Source: Verrucomicrobiota bacterium (lineage in GTDB: Bacteria > Verrucomicrobiota > Verrucomicrobiia > Limisphaerales > UBA8199). From it: a stretch of DNA of 64,000 nt. The first letter of the stretch is position 1; every line of letters begins with the position of its first letter. The notes beneath the pieces are model-generated. The model was given only the letters and a program-made list of their open reading frames with translations, did no database searches and was not told the origin of the DNA. The translations under genes were made by a program, and so were the position numbers. Location of the stretch: contig JBEKRX010000031.1 of assembly GCA_049518415.1 (NCBI GenBank), positions 2,359 through 66,358 of the forward strand. The letters run 5' to 3'. This document shows, in pieces, positions 27,621-36,649 of the stretch.

Positions 27621-29807
27621 ATGCAGCCTCCTAATTCTGACAATTCCGTCTCCGATGTCCAGGGCGCCCTCCCGGCTCGCGCTTTGGTGCCGGGCAACGG
27701 CTACGTCGACGTCCCGGCCTATCCTGTCTCCCCGCCGGCCTTGCGCTTCCGCCGATATCTCATCTTGCTCCGCAAGAAATGGTGGATCGTACTGCTGAGC
27801 CTCTCGCTATGCAGTGTTCTGGCCGCCGCCTACATCTTGTGGTGGCCTGAGACCTACGTCTCCTATGCCCACCTTTGGAGCATGGGCAGAACTGGCCTCC
27901 GCCTTCCCGAGGGCGGCACCTACGAGGAAGACGCGCAAACCTCCGGCGGCACCCAGGTCGAATTGCTCCAGAGCGGCAGGATGAATGAACGCGCTTTTAA
28001 CCGGATCGTGAGCACCCTCCACCTCCCCGTTCCCACCAATTCCGAGGGCCTGCCTGAACCTGTCAAGATCCGCGTCTCCCAGCTCCCCAAGAGCGCCGTC
28101 TTCGAGATCAAGGCCACGGGCCCAAACGACTCCTATACTCGCGCCTTCCTCGATGCCACTATTGATGAGTTCCTCGCCTTCAAACGCGAGATTCGCGCCA
28201 CTTCAGCCGGTGACACCTATACCTCCGTCTCGGAGCAGATCACCAAACAGGAAACCGACCTCAAAAGCGGCCACGACACCCTCACCGCCTACATGCGCGA
28301 CAACAACGTCGCCGTCCTCGAGGAGCAGGCCAAGGCCGCCAGCGCCTATCTCACGCAGCTCCTCGCCGAATTCTCCCAGCTCAAATTGGAGCATCAGCTC
28401 CTCGAGGCCACCTCGACCGAGGGCCTGTGGGCCCTGGCCGGCCTCACCAATGCCCTCGCCGGCGCTCCGGACCCCCGGAGGCTGGCCGACCCGGCCATGC
28501 CCTCCGCCAGCCCGCCCCCCGAATTCCTCGGCGCCCAGCAGGAACTCGAGAAGCTCCGCATCATGCGGACCCGGCTCAGCAAACATCTCCGGCCGGAACA
28601 CCCCAAGATTGTCAAACTGGACGAGGAGATCTCCCGGGGCGAAAAACTGGTCGAATTCCTGAGCAAACAGAGCCGCGATCAGCTTGCCAACGCGAGGCAG
28701 ACCGTCAAGTTGAAGCTCGACCGGATCCAGGAGACGATCAAAGAATGGGAAGCTAAGGTCAACAGCGCCAGTGAACGTATTGCGCAGTACCAGCGCCTTA
28801 AACTCAATGTCGACCGCCTTCAGGGCCTTCACGAGCGCCTGCTCGGCCTCCTCCAGACGGTCGATGTCACGCGCAACCTCGACCAGGAGAACATTACCAT
28901 CCTGGATCGCGCCTCGGCGCCGAGGCGGGACAAGTCCTCGGTCCCATTCGTCCTCGCGCTAGCCATTTTCCTGGGCCTGGGCGGTGGCCTCGGGTTGGTC
29001 TTCCTCGTGGAAGTCTTGAATGACCGAGTCATGTCGCTGGAAGACCTGAACGGGCGATTCAATGAGTGGGTCGTTGGCCAGGTCCCCGAAGTCGGCAACG
29101 CGAAGAAGAAAAAAAGACCCGCCTTGCTGGATGCGGACGACCGCCGGCACATCTTCGCCGAATCTTACCGCAATATGCGCTCGGCCCTGTTCTACGCCGC
29201 AGTCCCGGAAGAAAAGCCCAAGGCCCTGCTGATCACCAGCGCCATCCCCCGTGAAGGCAAATCTACCGTGGCCGCCAACCTGGCCCGGGCCATCGCCTTT
29301 GCCGGCTCCCGGGTCCTGCTCGTGGATGGCGACCTGCGCCGCGGACTCCTGCACGAACTCTTCGAGCTGCCCCAGGAGCCGGGCTTCGCCGACCTGCTCA
29401 CCCAGGGCGGGGACCTGGCCCGATTCGTCGTGCCCACCTCCGTGCCCAACCTCTCCCTCCTGCCCCGGGGCAAACCGGTGGGCAACTCGGGCGAACTCTT
29501 CCTCGGGGCCGGGTGCGACCGGGTGCTGGCGCAAATCCGTGAGCAATACGACTGCGCCATCATCGACAGCATCCCCGTGTTTGCCGCCGATGACACCACC
29601 AGCCTGGCGCCGAAGGTGGACGGCGTGCTCCTGGTGGTGCGTGGCTCTTATGCGGGCAGCCGGACGATCCGGCGGGCCATGGAATTGCTCTACGAACGGC
29701 AGGCCAAAATTATGGGGCTGGTTTTCAACCGCGCCAACAGCGCCTCCCGCTCATACGAATACTACAAATACGCCGATTACTACCACTCAGCGGGGAAGGA
29801 CCACTGA
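27621..29807 (+). CDS. Polysaccharide co-polymerase / BY-tyrosine autokinase (Wzc/GumC-EpsG type)
   Basis: N-terminal Wzz-like TM + coiled-coil region and a second TM. P-loop kinase domain ITSAIPREGKSTVAANLARAIAFAGSRVLLVDGDLRRG. Tyr-rich C-terminus YEYYKYADYYH. Confidence 0.85.
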   Translation: MQPPNSDNSVSDVQGALPARALVPGNGYVDVPAYPVSPPALRFRRYLILLRKKWWIVLLSLSLCSVLAAAYILWWPETYVSYAHLWSMGRTGLRLPEGGTYEEDAQTSGGTQVELLQSGRMNERAFNRIVSTLHLPVPTNSEGLPEPVKIRVSQLPKSAVFEIKATGPNDSYTRAFLDATIDEFLAFKREIRATSAGDTYTSVSEQITKQETDLKSGHDTLTAYMRDNNVAVLEEQAKAASAYLTQLLAEFSQLKLEHQLLEATSTEGLWALAGLTNALAGAPDPRRLADPAMPSASPPPEFLGAQQELEKLRIMRTRLSKHLRPEHPKIVKLDEEISRGEKLVEFLSKQSRDQLANARQTVKLKLDRIQETIKEWEAKVNSASERIAQYQRLKLNVDRLQGLHERLLGLLQTVDVTRNLDQENITILDRASAPRRDKSSVPFVLALAIFLGLGGGLGLVFLVEVLNDRVMSLEDLNGRFNEWVVGQVPEVGNAKKKKRPALLDADDRRHIFAESYRNMRSALFYAAVPEEKPKALLITSAIPREGKSTVAANLARAIAFAGSRVLLVDGDLRRGLLHELFELPQEPGFADLLTQGGDLARFVVPTSVPNLSLLPRGKPVGNSGELFLGAGCDRVLAQIREQYDCAIIDSIPVFAADDTTSLAPKVDGVLLVVRGSYAGSRTIRRAMELLYERQAKIMGLVFNRANSASRSYEYYKYADYYHSAGKDH

Positions 29808-29950
29808 CGGCGGACGAAGGACTACGAGACTACTGACCACTGACCACTAACCACGGACTACTGACTACGGTGGTCCGTGGTCAGTGGTCCGTGGTCCCGT
29901 GGTTCCGTGGTCCGTGGTCCGTGGTCCGTGGTCCGTAGTCCCTTGTCCCT
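29798..29950. repeat. Heptamer-array hairpin (tgaccac/ggactac arm against ggtccgt arm) starting in the wzc stop codon
   Basis: 29851-29870 pairs with 29875-29894 (18 Watson-Crick + 2 G-U pairs, loop tggt). The flanking arrays extend the complementarity. Confidence 0.85.
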
Positions 29951-29953
29951 TAT

Positions 29954-30403
29954 ATGCGAGATTATACGAAAATTGAAGCCTGGAAGCTGGCGGACGACCT
30001 GACGGTGGCAGTTTATTCATGCACCCGGTCTTTCCCTAGGGAAGAATTGTACGGGCTGACAAGCCAAATCCGGCGTGCGGCCTATTCTGTTCCGGCAAAT
30101 ATCGCTGAAGGCTCCTCACGAGAGAGCAAGCGCGATTACCTGCACTTTCTCTACATTGCAAGAGGCTCCTTGACCGAAACGCAGTACTTCATCCATCTCG
30201 CGCGCCGCCTGGGCTATCTATCAGAAGCCGACGCCGAGCAGCTCCACGCGCAGACGAAGTCCACTTTTGCATGCCTGCACGGCCTGATTCGAGCCGTTGA
30301 GAAAGAAACCGGGAGATTAAGCACCGTGGTGGCCGCGATCACCAGTGCCGTCGTCCTCTGCCTTTGGTCCCGTGGTCCGTGGTCCGTGGTCAGTAGTCCG
30401 TAG
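29954..30403 (+). CDS. Four-helix-bundle protein (23S rRNA intervening-sequence protein / Avd-like family)
   Basis: EAWKLADDLTVAVYSCTRSFPREELYGLTSQIRRAAYSVPANIAEGSSRESKRDYLHFLYIARGSLTETQYFIHLARRLGYL is a near-consensus match to this family. The last ~20 codons run into repeat R'. Confidence 0.85.
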   Translation: MRDYTKIEAWKLADDLTVAVYSCTRSFPREELYGLTSQIRRAAYSVPANIAEGSSRESKRDYLHFLYIARGSLTETQYFIHLARRLGYLSEADAEQLHAQTKSTFACLHGLIRAVEKETGRLSTVVAAITSAVVLCLWSRGPWSVVSSP

Positions 30404-30410
30404 TCCCTTC
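30365..30410. repeat. Heptamer array R' (ggtccgt units); direct repeat of 29905-29950
   Basis: 30386-30410 is complementary to 29816-29840 (24 pairs with one bulge on each side). Confidence 0.8.
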
Positions 30411-30419
30411 CGCCCCCCC

Positions 30420-31877
30420 ATGCTCGAGCTCGCGCTCACTCTGCAACTGCTCTTTTTCCTGGCGATCGCCTTGGTTTTCTTCGGTTCACGCCAAGCCTCG
30501 ATTTTTCACCCCTGCACGGTTTACCTGGCCTTCCACGGAATTGTCTTTGTCATTAGGCCCCTTTTTGCTCATTACCTTCACTTCGACCATTCCTGGCAAT
30601 ATATGGCCTTCTGGCCCAGGGATGAGGATTGGCTCAAGACGCTTGTTGTTACCTCATTAGCCTTGGGGGTATTTGTCACCGCCTGTCTCTCCGCTTCTCG
30701 GGGCCTGCCCAGCCAAGTGGGGCCTGCTGCAACCCTGCCTACGCCCGAACTCAGAACCGCGTTCCTGCTCACCGGTGCTCTGCTCGCCCCATTGCTCGCT
30801 TATTCTATTTATGCGACCAGACACGGAATTGCCGGTGAGCGTGTCGGCGCCGTTTACATCATGACGGGCACCAGCGGTTATGTGAACGACGCTCAGCACA
30901 TGGCCGTCCCACTGCTGGCGATTTTCGTCTGGGCTTTTGCCTTTAGGTGGTGGACCCTCGTTCCGGTCACATTGTATCTTGCCTACCGCGCCTGGTTTGG
31001 ATGGTCCCGCTGGACGATAATAATCTGCGTGTTCATGCTGTTTTTGGTTTATTGCTGGCACCAGCGCCGCAAGTGGCTGCCCGTTCGCTTGCTTGCCCTC
31101 TTGCTGCCCCTGTTCATCCTTTTCAACTGGCTAGGTGACAACCGGGATGTATTTAAGAGCCTTCTCCAAGGTCAAGAACCAGCTCCCAAAGTCCTGTCCG
31201 GCAACGGCAGCGCCGCGGAAAAGATCCGGACCAAGCTCGACAAACACGACCTCGCCAGTTTCGACTTTCTGACTTACGTATTGGCTGCGGTTCCCGAACG
31301 AACCGGAACCTACAATTACGGTCTTCAGTACCTGCAGTTATTCACCGAACCCATCCCTCGGAAACTATGGAAGGGGAAACCGGCCGGCGCGCCCTTCGGG
31401 CGGCTGAACCTCAATGCCTATGGCAATTTCCTCGGCTTGACGGTCACTCTCCTGGGGGACGGGTGGCTTAGTGGCGGCTGGGTCGGCTTGGTCCTGACCG
31501 TCGGGGCGGCGGGATGGGCCTTGGGACGCGCTCACCGTTGGTTCTCGCGCCACCAGGCCAATGCTTTTATCGCCTTCTCGTACTGCGGGATTTTGGCAGC
31601 GACCATTCAGCTCTATCGCGACGGCGGCATTTCCGTTTTCAAATTCCTCCTTTGGCTCCTCCTGCCCATCCTCATCTGGAGGGCGGTGTATCGGACGATG
31701 AACGCGCAATCCCCGTCCGTGTCTGCAAGCCCTGCAACCGGCGCCTCTTACCCTCTCCCTCTGCGCTACCGCCCTGGGCTCTCCGCCCCCGTCCGCTCCT
31801 ACCGCGGACGCCCGCGGCTCAGTTGGAGAAGAATTCAACGCCGCTGGCCGCCACCCGCCCGATGGCGCCAGGTGTGA
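30420..31877 (+). CDS. Polytopic membrane protein, putative Wzy-type repeat-unit polymerase
   Basis: ~10-12 hydrophobic segments and a large loop region. It sits in a locus that otherwise lacks a polymerase. ATG 30420 (MLELALTLQLLFFLAIALVFF) was chosen over the ORF-track start 30345, which lies in the repeat. The C-terminal ~55 aa look like read-through. Confidence 0.5.
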   Translation: MLELALTLQLLFFLAIALVFFGSRQASIFHPCTVYLAFHGIVFVIRPLFAHYLHFDHSWQYMAFWPRDEDWLKTLVVTSLALGVFVTACLSASRGLPSQVGPAATLPTPELRTAFLLTGALLAPLLAYSIYATRHGIAGERVGAVYIMTGTSGYVNDAQHMAVPLLAIFVWAFAFRWWTLVPVTLYLAYRAWFGWSRWTIIICVFMLFLVYCWHQRRKWLPVRLLALLLPLFILFNWLGDNRDVFKSLLQGQEPAPKVLSGNGSAAEKIRTKLDKHDLASFDFLTYVLAAVPERTGTYNYGLQYLQLFTEPIPRKLWKGKPAGAPFGRLNLNAYGNFLGLTVTLLGDGWLSGGWVGLVLTVGAAGWALGRAHRWFSRHQANAFIAFSYCGILAATIQLYRDGGISVFKFLLWLLLPILIWRAVYRTMNAQSPSVSASPATGASYPLPLRYRPGLSAPVRSYRGRPRLSWRRIQRRWPPPARWRQV

Positions 31878-31911
31878 GGGCGGCAACCCGCCACCCAATT
31901 GCCCGCGTTTA

Positions 31912-32073
31912 ATTCCAATGAGCTTCCAAGATGAGACTAAGGCGCGCAGGATTTTGGGCCTCTGGCGAGGCGCGAGCGAGGCGCATACCCGCAGCGGTCT
32001 GTAACGAGCGAGCAACGAAGCCAGAGGCCCAAAAGACAAACGAATTAGTCTCATCTTGGAAGTGATTTGGAAT
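31912..32073. repeat. ~160-nt compound inverted repeat (long hairpin)
   Basis: cttccaagatgagactaa (31923-31940) is perfectly complementary to ttagtctcatcttggaag (32045-32062). The inner helix attttgggcctctggc (31951-31966) against gccagaggcccaaaag (32020-32035) matches 15/16. The outer helix is attccaa/tttggaat. Confidence 0.85.
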
Positions 32074-32424
32074 AAGCCCTTTGATGTGTCTGTGCCGGCT
32101 GATCAGCATGCTTCTCCTGGCCGTGGCTTGCCACCTTCGGGCAGGATCGCCCTCCTCTGGAGTAATTTCGGCCCGTACCACCATGCGCGAGCCTCCGCCC
32201 TCCGGAAACTGGCCCGCCCCGCCGAGGTTTTTCCCATCCAGATTGGTTCCGAGTCAACGGTCTATGACTGGAGTCGTGCTCCAGGCGCCCTGGCGGCTCG
32301 CACAAAGGCCGGGAGCGGGCCAGCCCGCTGGCAGCTATCGAGCCTTGTAGTTCCGCTCTTGACCGACACTATTGACGAGAGCCACGAGCATAGTGCACCT
32401 CCTTTTCGGCGTCAAAAGTCATGA
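32056..32424 (+). pseudogene. Possible N-terminal glycosyltransferase remnant
   Basis: Only RIALLWSNFGPYHHARASAL...VFPIQIGSES resembles a GT N-terminus. The rest is low-complexity and there is no catalytic region. Confidence 0.2.
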
Positions 32425-33116
32425 ACAACCTACCTGAATCAGTTCAAGCCAGCAGGCACTATATTGGCCAACGAGGCCAGACGTACGCACGGCAGCACAT
32501 GCAGCTTAGCGACGTCAACTGGCTGGGTTACGCCATTGACGCAAATTCCTTCAGACCGTACATGCAACAGGATGACTACCTCTTGGACTTCGGTTGCGGG
32601 AACGGCGGCATGCTCCGCGAGCTCTCGCGCCACGTCAAGGAGGCCGAGGGGCTCGAGGTCAACCCAGCGTCCCGGGCGCTGGCGCTTGCTACGGGGCTGA
32701 GAATCTACTCCTGCCTCTCCGAGTTACCGGGGCTCCCAACATACCACAAGGTCGTCAGCAATCACGTGCTTGAGCACGTAAGGGACGTGTACAGCACTCT
32801 GTTGGCATTGCGCACGAACCTGCGCGAAGGAGGAGTCCTGGTTGCGAAGTTGCCGATAGACGACATCCGGCAGCGGAGACAGCGGCGTTGGGTCAAGGAC
32901 GACCCCGACCACCACCTATGGACCTGGACTCCCCGTCTGTTTGCTAACGTCCTCATTGAGTGCGGCTTCGACGTCTCCGAGTGCCGGATTATCAGCCAGG
33001 CATGGCACCCAAGGCTCTTTCCATTTTACAGGACAGCTTTGAGATCGCCTCTCTTGTGGCTGCTCTCCGTCCTCAGGAACCGGCGGCAGTTGCTCGCTGT
33101 GGGGCGGAAGCCCTGA
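32421..33116 (+). CDS. Class I SAM-dependent methyltransferase
   Basis: LLDFGCGNGGMLRELS (motif I), VVSNHVLEHV, GGVLVAKLP. Confidence 0.8.
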   Translation: MNNLPESVQASRHYIGQRGQTYARQHMQLSDVNWLGYAIDANSFRPYMQQDDYLLDFGCGNGGMLRELSRHVKEAEGLEVNPASRALALATGLRIYSCLSELPGLPTYHKVVSNHVLEHVRDVYSTLLALRTNLREGGVLVAKLPIDDIRQRRQRRWVKDDPDHHLWTWTPRLFANVLIECGFDVSECRIISQAWHPRLFPFYRTALRSPLLWLLSVLRNRRQLLAVGRKP

Positions 33117-33177
33117 CCCGCCCGGTACGCCCCTAGCTGGGGGGTGGCGGAGGTCCTGCTGCCTCTCACGATGGACT

Positions 33178-34317
33178 GTGGTTGCGCCGAGTAAATCCCT
33201 TTACCGGTCCAGCGGACGCCGTCTGCTATTCGTCACCAATTATCCTGCCCCTTTCCAGCAGGATGTGGCTGAGGCGTTCGAGTGCGCTGGGTTGGGCCAG
33301 TACGACGTGATTTGCGCCGAGGGAAAACAAAGGGGCCGGGGCAAGCACTGGATGAATGCGGCAGTGTATAGCCGCAAGCGACCGCGCCACCCGCCAGACG
33401 GCGCCGGTGCCGCTTCCTTAGAAGAGTGGTTCCGTGCTTGCGTTGTCAGCGCCAGGTATTCGGTTATGGTGATCGGGCATCCGAGACAGCCGCTCGCGAG
33501 CATTGCCCAGCGCGAGGCGGTGAGGCAGGGCATCCCGTACGCGTACTGGATGGAGCCGCCGAATCTCCTCAGGCCGCGAGCAGCCCTGGCCCTCTATGGG
33601 AGGTTCTACCTGCGGCCTCGTCTGGCTGGGGCAAGGTTCCTCATGGGTATAGGTGATCGTGCAGTGGCCTGGTTTTCGAGACACTTCGACGGCCCGGTGG
33701 AATTTCTACCATACGGAGAAGACCTTTCTGCATGCATGGATCGCACGGGCTTACCCCCGAAGAGTGAGCTTCTCACGTTTGTCTTCTCCGGGCGACTATT
33801 GCGACGCAACAATGTTGGCCTTGTGTGCGATTGTCTCACTAGGTTGTGGCGCCAGAGGCCCCACAGCTTTCGATTTATCCTCGCGGCCAGTGGGCCTGAG
33901 GAGACGAGCTTTTGGAAGGGAGTGGGCAGCGAGCCCGGGCTGCGGTCCGCGATCGAGATTGACCGGGAGTACCCGAGTTGGGAGGAGAGGCTGCGGCCGT
34001 TCAAAAACGGGCACGTTCTTCTTTACCCCGCCTCCCATTCGGGCTGGGGCCTCGTGATTCCGGAGTCGATGGCGTGCGGCTGTGTGCCCATCACGACGAG
34101 CTGCGTAGAGGCGGCGCGGTACTTCGTAAGAGACGGAGTGAGCGGATTCCTGGCGGCCACCGAGGTAAGCGCTGTGCTGTCCGCCATGAGATCATGTTTG
34201 GAGCATCGAGCGTCGCTCGAGAGTATGGCGGAGTGCGCTAGGGCGGACTCAAAGCGAGGAGACGCTCGGGCGGTTGCGCTGGTCCTCGCAGCCATACTGG
34301 AAAAGAACGGCGTATGA
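33178..34317 (+). CDS. Glycosyltransferase family 1 (GT4-type)
   Basis: GTG start. C-terminal GT1 signature LYPASHSGWGLVIPESMACGCVPITT...GVSGFL. Confidence 0.8.
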   Translation: MVAPSKSLYRSSGRRLLFVTNYPAPFQQDVAEAFECAGLGQYDVICAEGKQRGRGKHWMNAAVYSRKRPRHPPDGAGAASLEEWFRACVVSARYSVMVIGHPRQPLASIAQREAVRQGIPYAYWMEPPNLLRPRAALALYGRFYLRPRLAGARFLMGIGDRAVAWFSRHFDGPVEFLPYGEDLSACMDRTGLPPKSELLTFVFSGRLLRRNNVGLVCDCLTRLWRQRPHSFRFILAASGPEETSFWKGVGSEPGLRSAIEIDREYPSWEERLRPFKNGHVLLYPASHSGWGLVIPESMACGCVPITTSCVEAARYFVRDGVSGFLAATEVSAVLSAMRSCLEHRASLESMAECARADSKRGDARAVALVLAAILEKNGV

Positions 34318-34584
34318 CGCAATAGGCTCGTGGGCCGTGAATTGGGCCGGTTGGTTACCGAAGCCGCGTCCTGTGGCCGGCCCCCGCTGGCCTCGAGGCG
34401 CCGCGGCTGCGCCGGCACACGCTGGTTCAGAGCCGCGCAAAAGGCTGTATATTCGAGCCCTTTGGTTTACGCGGGTCGGCCGAGCTAATGCTGAGCCTGT
34501 CCGCCAACGAACTGGAGGGTGCGGCTTCCAAGCGCATCAGCTGACCCCTCACGGCCCAGGGCACAAAAAGCCAGCCCCGCGTTG

Positions 34585-34827
34585 GGCAATCTGTTCGCGC
34601 GAAAATCCGGGCAAGTGGCGCCAGAGAAGAGTGGCCTCTTGTTTGATCCAGCAAACGAGGCCGACCTGGCCAACTGCCTGGACCGCCTTTCAGGTGATGC
34701 CCAAGCCAGAACGATGACGGGCTGGAATTCTCTCGAGCACATCCGTCGTTGGGACTGCGACAATTTTGCCCGCAACGCCCTCCGGGCTGTGAGCGCGGCT
34801 TTGGCGGGCACCCCTCTCAGCTCTTGA
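34585..34827 (+). pseudogene. Orphan C-terminal fragment of a GT1 glycosyltransferase
   Basis: ...EKSGLLFDPANEADLANCLDRLSGDAQARTMTGWNSLEHIRRWDCDNFARNALRAV is the typical last ~70 aa of a GT1, with no upstream catalytic part. Its TGA overlaps the ATG of the next GT. Confidence 0.5.
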
Positions 34828-36032
34828 TGCGCCGTATGCGTGTCGGCATTGTCCATGCGCTTTCCTGGTTATCCCGGTCGGCGGGCGGACTTTTCGAGAG
34901 TGTTCCGGCTCTTGCTAAGGCCGTGGCTGACCTGCCGGGTTTCAGCGTGTCGGCGGTCGGCGTGGAAGACCCTTACCTGGCCCAGGACCGGGCGCGTTGG
35001 GTCTGCCAGGTGTTCGCTGTGCCGGTGTCGCGGTGGGCTCCCCGCAAGTGGCTCTATGCTCCAAAGATGTTGGCCGAGTTGATGGCGTCGGATGCAGCGA
35101 TAGTTCATTGCCACGGATTGTGGACCCACCACAATCTCGCCACCCTCCAGTGGGGGCGTAAAACCGGTCGGCCTTTTCTGGTTTCCACTCATGGCATGCT
35201 GGACAAGGTTGACCTGCAAAAATCGCGCCTGGTGAAACACATCGCCGCATGGTGCTACGTGAACCGGCTATTGCGCCAGGCGGCCTGCATCCGCGCGATT
35301 TCTGCCTCTGAGGCGGCCTCGATCCGCGCATTTGGCGTCAAGACCCCCATTTGCCTGGTTCCAAACGGCGCGCCTGTGCCTGCTCTGGGCCCGCCTGATC
35401 CGCCCCCCTGGAGCCAAGTTGTCCCCAGGGACGCCAAGGTCCTCCTCTACATCGGCCGAATCCATCCCAAGAAGGGGCTGGCGGCGCTGCTGAAGGCCTG
35501 GTCCCGCGTGCGCCGCCGCGACAATGCTTCCGCGCATCCCTGGCGCCTGGTCATCGCCGGCTGGGACCAGGGCGGGCACGAGGACTCCCTGAAGGCCCGA
35601 GCGGCCGAACTTGGCCTTGCCGGCAGCGTCCATTTCACGGGCCCCCTCTTCAAGGAGGCCAAGCACGCCGCCTTCAGCGCCTGCCACGCCTTGGTCCTCC
35701 CCTCGACGAGCGAGGGCCTCCCGAATGTCGTGCTTGAGGCCTGGGCCTACGGACTCCCCGTCCTGATGACCCCCCAGTGCAATATTCCCGATGGTTTCGC
35801 CCTCCAAGCCGCCATTCGAAGCGAACCGGAGCCGGACGAACTGGAGCGTGCCCTGTCGGCGATGGTGTCCATGACCGACTCCGAACGGCACGCCATGGGC
35901 GCCAACGGGCGCAAGCTCGTAGAGATGAAGTTTTCCTGGCCGCGAATCGCGTTACAGATGCAGGAGGTCTATCAATGGGTGCTCGGCCAGGCGCCGGCGC
36001 CGGCGTGCGTCGCCCCATCCGGCATCCCGTGA
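34827..36032 (+). CDS. Glycosyltransferase family 1 (GT4-type)
   Basis: MRRMRVGIVHA... start. HPKKGL, ELGLAGSVHFTGPLF, LVLPSTSEGLPNVVLEAWAYGLPVLMT. Confidence 0.85.
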   Translation: MRRMRVGIVHALSWLSRSAGGLFESVPALAKAVADLPGFSVSAVGVEDPYLAQDRARWVCQVFAVPVSRWAPRKWLYAPKMLAELMASDAAIVHCHGLWTHHNLATLQWGRKTGRPFLVSTHGMLDKVDLQKSRLVKHIAAWCYVNRLLRQAACIRAISASEAASIRAFGVKTPICLVPNGAPVPALGPPDPPPWSQVVPRDAKVLLYIGRIHPKKGLAALLKAWSRVRRRDNASAHPWRLVIAGWDQGGHEDSLKARAAELGLAGSVHFTGPLFKEAKHAAFSACHALVLPSTSEGLPNVVLEAWAYGLPVLMTPQCNIPDGFALQAAIRSEPEPDELERALSAMVSMTDSERHAMGANGRKLVEMKFSWPRIALQMQEVYQWVLGQAPAPACVAPSGIP

Positions 36033-36649
36033 CCCGCGTACGAAACGATTTGTTCGACGCGCGGCTCGGCTTCACCCGTGGCCGATCAACGCCCGTTGTG
36101 GCCCTCTGGTATTTGATCAAATGCGCCTTTTTCCTCTCCCCGCTCCCCTGGCCGTCTCCCTTAAAGCGCGCGCTTCTCAGGGTCTTTGGAGCCGAAGTCG
36201 GCAAAGGCGTCTATATCAAACCCCGCGTCAACATTCATTTTCCGTGGAAATTGCGGGTCGGCGATTTCACCTGGATTGGGGAGGAGACGTTCATTCTCAA
36301 TCTCGAACCCGTCGTCATCGGGAGCCACTGCTGTATTTCGCAGCGTGTGTTCCTTTGCACCGGCAACCACGACTTCACCAAAACCGACATGCCCTACCGC
36401 AATAAACCTATCGCCATCGAAGACGGCGCCTGGATCGGCGCCCAGGTCTTCGTCGGCCCGGGTGTCACGGTCGGCTCGGAGGGTGTCGTTACCGCCGGCT
36501 CAGTTGTCACCAGGAATGTCCCTGCCCGGATGGTCTGCTCCGGCAACCCCTGCATGCCGGTTAAGGGTCGCTGGCCCAATCAGGTGAACGCTGCCGCCAC
36601 GCACGGATCGGCAGCCGCGGTTGAGAATCGCCCGGTGGCACTCCCATGA
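36029..36649 (+). CDS. Hexapeptide-repeat O-acetyltransferase (WcaF-like)
   Basis: The GTG overlaps the upstream stop (GTGA). Left-handed beta-helix repeats: IGEETFILNLEPVVIGSHCCISQRVFLCTGNH...IEDGAWIGAQVFVGPGVTVGSEGVVTAGSVV. Confidence 0.8.
   Translation: MTRVRNDLFDARLGFTRGRSTPVVALWYLIKCAFFLSPLPWPSPLKRALLRVFGAEVGKGVYIKPRVNIHFPWKLRVGDFTWIGEETFILNLEPVVIGSHCCISQRVFLCTGNHDFTKTDMPYRNKPIAIEDGAWIGAQVFVGPGVTVGSEGVVTAGSVVTRNVPARMVCSGNPCMPVKGRWPNQVNAAATHGSAAAVENRPVALP

Noticed and set aside
29954-30403. Diversity-generating retroelement (the four-helix-bundle protein is Avd-like)
   Set aside because: No reverse transcriptase and no template/variable repeat pair were seen anywhere in the 64 kb.
29798-30410. 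Possible CRISPR array (many short repeats)
   Set aside because: The units are 7 nt and contiguous with no spacers. The arms are mutually complementary. There are no cas genes in the window.
31912-32073. Integron attC site or retron msr/msd
   Set aside because: There are no R''/R' core sites (RYYYAAC ... GTTRRRY) at the ends. There is no integrase or reverse transcriptase in the window.
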